Of a DNA stretch of 64,000 nucleotides, positions 58,473 through 64,000 are shown piece by piece. Source of the stretch: Eledone cirrhosa (lineage: Eukaryota); assembly GCA_964016885.1 (NCBI GenBank), contig OZ024742.1, positions 38,936,001 to 39,000,000 on the forward strand, in the 5' to 3' direction. The notes below the pieces were generated by a model. The model saw only the letters and a program-made list of their open reading frames with translations. It was not told the DNA's origin and ran no database searches. A program made the position numbers and the translations under genes. The stretch's first letter is position 1. Each line of letters opens with the position of its first letter.

Positions 58473-58857
58473 GACTGTCAATGTAAATTTCTGGTATTTA
58501 TACATTTTGTCATGGTAAGGGAAAGGTAGTGGTGGTGGTGGTGGTGGTGGTTTTTTTTGGGGGGGGGGGGGGGGGTAGAGATCATGGTGGGATTAAAGAA
58601 TGGGGATCTTAGAAAAAGCAAAATTTATTTAGAGAAAGAAGTTTAGTGGCAAGTTGCAATTGAAATAAACACTTCCTTATTCTATAGTACAATATTGAAC
58701 AAAAGGTATATCAAGTAGTTGATCGAACATCTGTGGAAATGGTAGGTTAGTACAACGTCACAAGCTCGCACGCCAACACACACGCCAACACACACGCGCG
58801 CACACACACACGCGCGCACATAAATACATATATAGACATACATATACATACAGACAC

Positions 58858-58924
<67 letters not shown>

Positions 58925-58967
58925 ATAAGAAACGGAGAATCAGTGGTGCGACGAATAAGATTTATTA

Positions 58968-59062
58968 GACATATTACAATCGTTTCTCTGGCGACAAGCT
59001 CGAGGCACGATCGATGCAATGATCAAACCTGACTCTGAAATCGCAAGATCCTCAGATATGTC
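58968..59062 (-). ncRNA. Type I hammerhead ribozyme motif with long stem II
   Basis: GACAUAU-CUGAGGA-UCU U GCGA...UCGC C AGA-GAAA-C GAUU G-UA-AUAUGUC: perfect 7-bp stem I, in island 58921-59078 between TA runs. Confidence 0.85.
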
Positions 59063-59644
59063 TCGATTCTGCATTTCATATATATGCCTATATATATATG
59101 TATATATATTATATGCATTGATAAATAAAGATTTAATCTTGTTTTTATTACTTTTACAAATTACAATTCATTCATTATTTTTCAATGTTTGCGGGTTTAA
59201 CTTAGGGTTCTTGTTAAATACAGTGTATCCCGTTTTTGTTGCCCCCTTTTATGATATTTTTATCGTTAAGAGTCTCAAAGGACTGATAAAGTAATTAACT
59301 TCGACATTCTTTATATCTCGAATGAATTCGTAACAAACTTTCTCCTTCCGCTATGGGTACATATCTACATATGTGTTTGTCATGTTCCCCTATGTTTTAT
59401 TTCAGGAGCTTCCCTGTCCCGTATCTGTGTGTACATTTTTAGTCATGTTTACCTGTTTAATGAGTCAAAATACCAAGATCTGTACCGTTGTTGTCTTGTT
59501 TTGTATCCGCTGTATTTTTTTAAATCTCGAATAGCGAACATTTTAAAGAGCTATTGGTGTACTGAGAAGCGTAGTAGTGTTTTACAACGTCAAACTAAAA
59601 AGACGAGCGCAATATCTCCATGTGTCCGTTTCCTTGAGTTCCCC

Positions 59645-59860
59645 TTCTTCTTCTTCTTCTTCTTCTTCTTGGTACTGATGCTGCTGCTGTTGCTATTGTT
59701 GTTGTAACTGCTGCTGCTGCTGTTGTTGTGTTGTTTTGTTGTTGTTGTTGATGGTGGTGTTGTTGTTGTTGTTGCTGGTGTTGTTGTTGTTGTTATCGCT
59801 GTTGTTGTTACTGATACTGTTGTTGTTGTTAGTAGTTGTCGCCATTGCTGTTAACGTGTT
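59645..59860. repeat. (TTC)n/(CTG)n/(TTG)n trinucleotide tract
   Basis: Read directly; probably the (CAA)n tail of the adjacent LINE. Confidence 0.88.
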
Positions 59861-59864
59861 GTTA

Positions 59865-60295
59865 TTCACCCACATATTCCTGAGAGGATCGTCAGAGCAG
59901 ATTCATCAAACCCGCCTTCCAGAAGGTCCCACCAGAAGCAACCATATCCAATTCATCCGGCTGGATCCACAAACGAGACCAACCCAAGTTTATAGATGTT
60001 ATCGAACCATTCTGTTTATGGTCTACCTCTGGTTTTTTCCGTAAAATCTGTCCAGTGATTCTTTCCTGAGACATTCTAACTACATGTCCTTAGTACCGGA
60101 GCTGTGATCTCTCGATGCTAAAAGTAGCGTCTCTACCTAGAGCGACTTTCTGATCTCCTAACTAGGCATGCTATCGAGTAAACTTGTTCCGAACATCCTA
60201 CGAAGGAACTCCATTTCGGCTGCTTTTTTTCGTAATTGCATTTTTTCGGTCATTAGCCAACATTCATTAGTATTGGTAATTGTAGGCTTTTAACT
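59865..60295 (-). mobile_element. RTE-group LINE 3' remnant
   Basis: Minus-strand peptide ECWLMTEKM..AAEMEFLRRMFG..IERSQLRY*GHVVRMSQERI matches the RTE C-terminal region. Confidence 0.75.
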
Positions 60296-60665
60296 TTGTC
60301 TTTCAACCTTTCGAGATCGATACAGTAGCATTCCAGTACTGGGGGTCGGGTTGACCCTTTCTCTTTCGAGTTCTCTCTCTCTCTCCCCCTCTCTCTCTCA
60401 CTCTCCCCATCCCTCTCTACCTCTCACTCTCGTTCCCTCTCTTTCTCCTTCTCACTTTCTTTCCTCTTGTTCCGGAAGTAATCGGCATAGCCCAGGCCAG
60501 AGATGGAATGAGCTCCACCAGATTTGAAATGCTCAAGACACGCCGGGTATCACAGTGGCACCTATAATACTCTATCAGTAGTGCAGGGTTAAACAGAAAG
60601 AAAAAAGTAAACAGCTACTTCATATTTTCATAGATATTGATTATGTCCAGGTTTTGTTGTCACAC

Positions 60666-60812
60666 GTGAAGGCGCATGGCTTAGTGGTTAGAGCATTGGG
60701 CTTACAATCGAAAGGTTGTGAGTTCAATTCTCGGACCGGGTGATGTGTTGTCTCCTTGAGCAAGACACTTTATTTCACATTGCTCCAGTTTACTCAGCTG
60801 TAGAAATGAGAT
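60666..60812 (+). mobile_element. tRNA-derived SINE (CORE-like)
   Basis: TGGCTTAGTGGTTAGAGCA A-box, GAGTTCAATTC B-box, CCTTGAGCAAGACACTTTATTTCAC. Confidence 0.75.
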
Positions 60813-61146
60813 GATAGGACTGGGGTCCCTATCATTAAATCACCGAAGACACCTCCAACGAGATATACCTTGGAGGAGGCCAGCTAAACCTGCATAGGTG
60901 TGAGCTGTCACACATTTGTTGTCACAGTGCCTAACGGAGAAAACATGCAGAAACGTAGCAATCTTTACAACGGCTCAATATTGTTGCTCAGGCATGAAAA
61001 TAACTTCTGTAATATTTCCCAGCATACGGATAAAATTACACTCCTAAATATCAATACAAACCTCCACCTCAAACGAAAATATAAATTTACTGGAATAATT
61101 TATTTTCTAATACATCCTTTGAAATATAATTGAATTTTTCATTAAT

Positions 61147-61195
<49 letters not shown>

Positions 61196-61371
61196 GTGTG
61201 TGTGTGTATGTATGTATGTACGTGCGTACGGACGTAGGTATGATATGTATGTATGATATGTATGTATGCTTGTATGTATGTACGTACATTCATACATACA
61301 TACATTATTACTGGAGAATTCAATTATATTTCAAAGAACGTCCTAGAAAATATATTATTTCAAGAAATTTG

Positions 61372-61477
<106 letters not shown>

Positions 61478-61957
61478 CGCCGGGTATGTATGTACATAGG
61501 ACAAAGAAGGGACACTGAAAACCTGAAAAAAAAATCGTTATATGTCTATTGGTTGTGTTTATAATTCCAAGCATTCCTGTGCTACTACTGTGCTACTCTT
61601 TCCAGCAAATCAATAACTCGTAAAAACAAATTGTGCTATTCAGGATAAAAAAATACAAGGAATATGAGACAAAACAACAATAGTACTGATCAGGGTCTTT
61701 TGACTCATAAAACAAGGAAACAAATCTAGAAATGTACATACCGATACGAGACAGGAAAGCTTCTAGAATAAAACACAGGGAAAACACAACACACTTCTTT
61801 ATTCTATGTATTTTTTTGGGTAATTTTATCCTAGGAATATATTTGAGTATTTTGAAATAAAATGATTGTTATGTAAAAAACATTTTTTAAATTATATAAC
61901 CGTAGGGAAAAGAGAAAATTTCTTACCAATAAGTTTGAATGATAGCTCTTGAACTAA

Positions 61958-62282
61958 TAATAATTGTTTCTTCTTTAGGCACAAGGCCAGCAATTTGAAG
62001 GGGCAAGTCGATTAAATCGACCCCAGTGCATTACAGGTGCTTTATTTACCGACCCCGTAAGGATGAAAGGCGGAACTAACCTCGGCAGGATTTGAATTTA
62101 GAACGCAAAGGGCCGACGCTCTACCGATACTGCCACTGAACTAATAATGTTTCTACTTTTGGCACAAGGCCAGCAATTACCCAGTGTATTACTGGTACTT
62201 TATTTTATCGACCCCGTAAGGATGAAAGGCAAATTTAACCTCGGCGGGATTTGAACTCAGATCATAAAGGGCCGTAACTAAT
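61958..62282 (-). mobile_element. Two adjacent Nin-like SINE copies
   Basis: 61958-62136 and 62140-62282 each carry GGCACAAGGCCAGCAATT..GACCCCGTAAGGATGAAAGGC..CCTCGGC.GGATTTGAA. Confidence 0.78.
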
Positions 62283-62359
62283 ACAAGACAAAATGAACAG
62301 TGAAGTAACAATATGATATATCAAGATATTAGCATGGTGGATAGGTTGGAAAATGAACA

Positions 62360-62360
<1 letters not shown>

Positions 62361-62394
<34 letters not shown>

Positions 62395-64000
62395 TTTTCT
62401 TTATTAACCACAAGGGTTTACATAAAGTAGACATTAAGGACAGTACAGGACAATACAGGACGGTACAAATGGGCATTTCTGCGTGTAAAAAAAACAGAGG
62501 ATGAAATAAAATAACAAAGAAAAATTCCCCAATAGGGGGGAGACTTCCGAGGGACATTTGTGGAGAAAGCCCATTAAAAGACCACAGTGGCCCTGACCAC
62601 CAGGGCAAGTGCCCTCTCCCAGTTTTCCACCTTTAATTTACAGACACATACTCAGAGAAGGCCCATTCATTCGGGCCATACTTGCTTCTCTCACCCATCT
62701 TTCAACAAAATGCTGGGAAGAGAGCACTTCCCTCTCTACCCTGATTTTCCTTTTCAGATGAAATTTGAAAAAGTTAATCAGAGCATCACCGAAGAGGTAA
62801 GTGCTCGTCTTCAGCCCTTTCAAACGCGTCCACCATACTATCTCTTTCGCCATGGCCACCAGACAGATAAAAACTGCCTGCCCTTCCCGGCTAAAGGAAG
62901 AGGGCGGGGCAATCCTCACGATGGACTCAGCTGATAGCTGGATCCGTCCTACACGTGACAGCAGGTGTTCGACATAAACCCACAAGTCAGCAATGCTCGG
63001 ACACTGGACGAGTGCGTGCAGGACGGTTTCGTCGCCCTGTGCGCATCTCGGACATGCCCGGCTGACGGCACCTCCATGTCTGTAAAGTTAATCCCGAACT
63101 GGCAAAGCACCCCGGTAGCACTGCCAGGCCAGGGATTTCTGGAAGTTGTCCATAGGCCCCGGCCCGAAAGTCCTTCCGAAGAGATTGGCTAGTTGATTTT
63201 CGTCGACGCCTAGAGTTTCTCCAAGTACGTCCTCGCTCTTCCCCTCCACTAATCCCCTATAGAACGCCAAGGTGGAGTTTCCACCGATCAGATTGCCCGA
63301 TTGGCCGAGGGCTGTGAGCGCCTGAAGACATTCCAGTCTCCAAGCGCTCCTTCTCGGTCTTCGCTTGACCCAGGACTGCAGCTCCGTCAAGGAGACGAGC
63401 TGGGGAAATACGTGTCTAGCAAACGGCGACCACATCTGATCACCGTCGAGGAAGAGGTGGAGATGTCGTAGCCTGAGCGCGTGTCTGCGCATCATCAGCC
63501 ACGGCATGCCCAGCCCTCCACGTAGCGGGTGTTGACAGCAGATGGACCTCCTGACCATCGGAGCGCGTCCCTTCCACAAGAAGCGAAAGAGCAAACGCTC
63601 CAGCGCAGTCAGGCGGGGCTTAGGACAAGGTACGACGGTCAGGCGGTAGTAGATGACGGACGCGATGTACGCGTTAACCACCTCCGCTCGACCTTTCAGG
63701 GATAGCTTCCTCTCGGCCCATTTCTGGGTGAGAGAAGCCACCCTGCTCGTCACCTCGTCCCAGTTTTTGTCCGTCTGGAGGTCTGGACCGAACCAGACCC
63801 CTAGCAATTTAACCGGTCCGTCCGTCCAGCGCCCGACGACGCTGTTGGACGGCATGGACCTGCCTCTCCAGGTGCCGAGCTGCAGGCCCACTGACTTTTC
63901 CTGGTTGATCATTGCTCCTGTCACCGCTTCGTATTCTCTTAGTGTAGTGCCGATCGCCTCGATGTGTTTGGCGTTCGACACCACTACGGTGACATCGTCG
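62361..64000 (-). mobile_element. L1/Tx1-clade LINE, 3' part (end of RT, CCHC domain, 3' UTR, (ATT)n tail), open at the right edge
   Basis: DDVT, INQEKS, LLGVWFG, LSLKGR, GGLG; AATAAA before the (ATT)n tail at 62361-62392. Confidence 0.9.
62638..63999 (-). pseudogene. Tx1-like ORF2 C-terminal half with one in-frame stop
   Basis: ORF 63984-63088 continues in frame past TAA as LYRHGGAVSRACPRCAQGDETVLHALVQC and into ORF 62985-62638. Confidence 0.85.

Noticed and set aside
60672-60745. tRNA gene
   Set aside because: A and B boxes are present but there is no clean cloverleaf and it runs into a SINE core. The heads at 39872 and 54203 are similar.

Overview
Gene-free, repeat-saturated animal genomic DNA; the SINE and microsatellite repertoire suggests a cephalopod such as Octopus (inference from recalled motifs, not a database match). 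Bases 1-25,648 are a 27-bp minisatellite with kb-scale higher-order repeats, followed by exactly 28 copies of a 61-bp unit. Both arrays are internal expansions of the C-terminal ORF2 region of one CR1-type LINE, whose reading frame, stop codon and 3' UTR can still be read through them. Next come two near-identical, oppositely oriented R4/Dong-like RLE non-LTR elements in (CATA)n tracts, one interrupted by a full-length decayed Gypsy (Mag-like) LTR element with a 5-bp TSD. There are also RTE and Tx1 LINE remnants and many tRNA-derived SINEs. The most striking signal is about a dozen type I hammerhead ribozyme motifs in 42.8-59.1 kb. They sit in short non-coding elements mostly embedded in (TA)n, several with an inverted-repeat-plus-tail (Penelope-like) architecture, and two families carry the rare U3-A8 core. 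All structures were folded by eye; no host gene was recognised.
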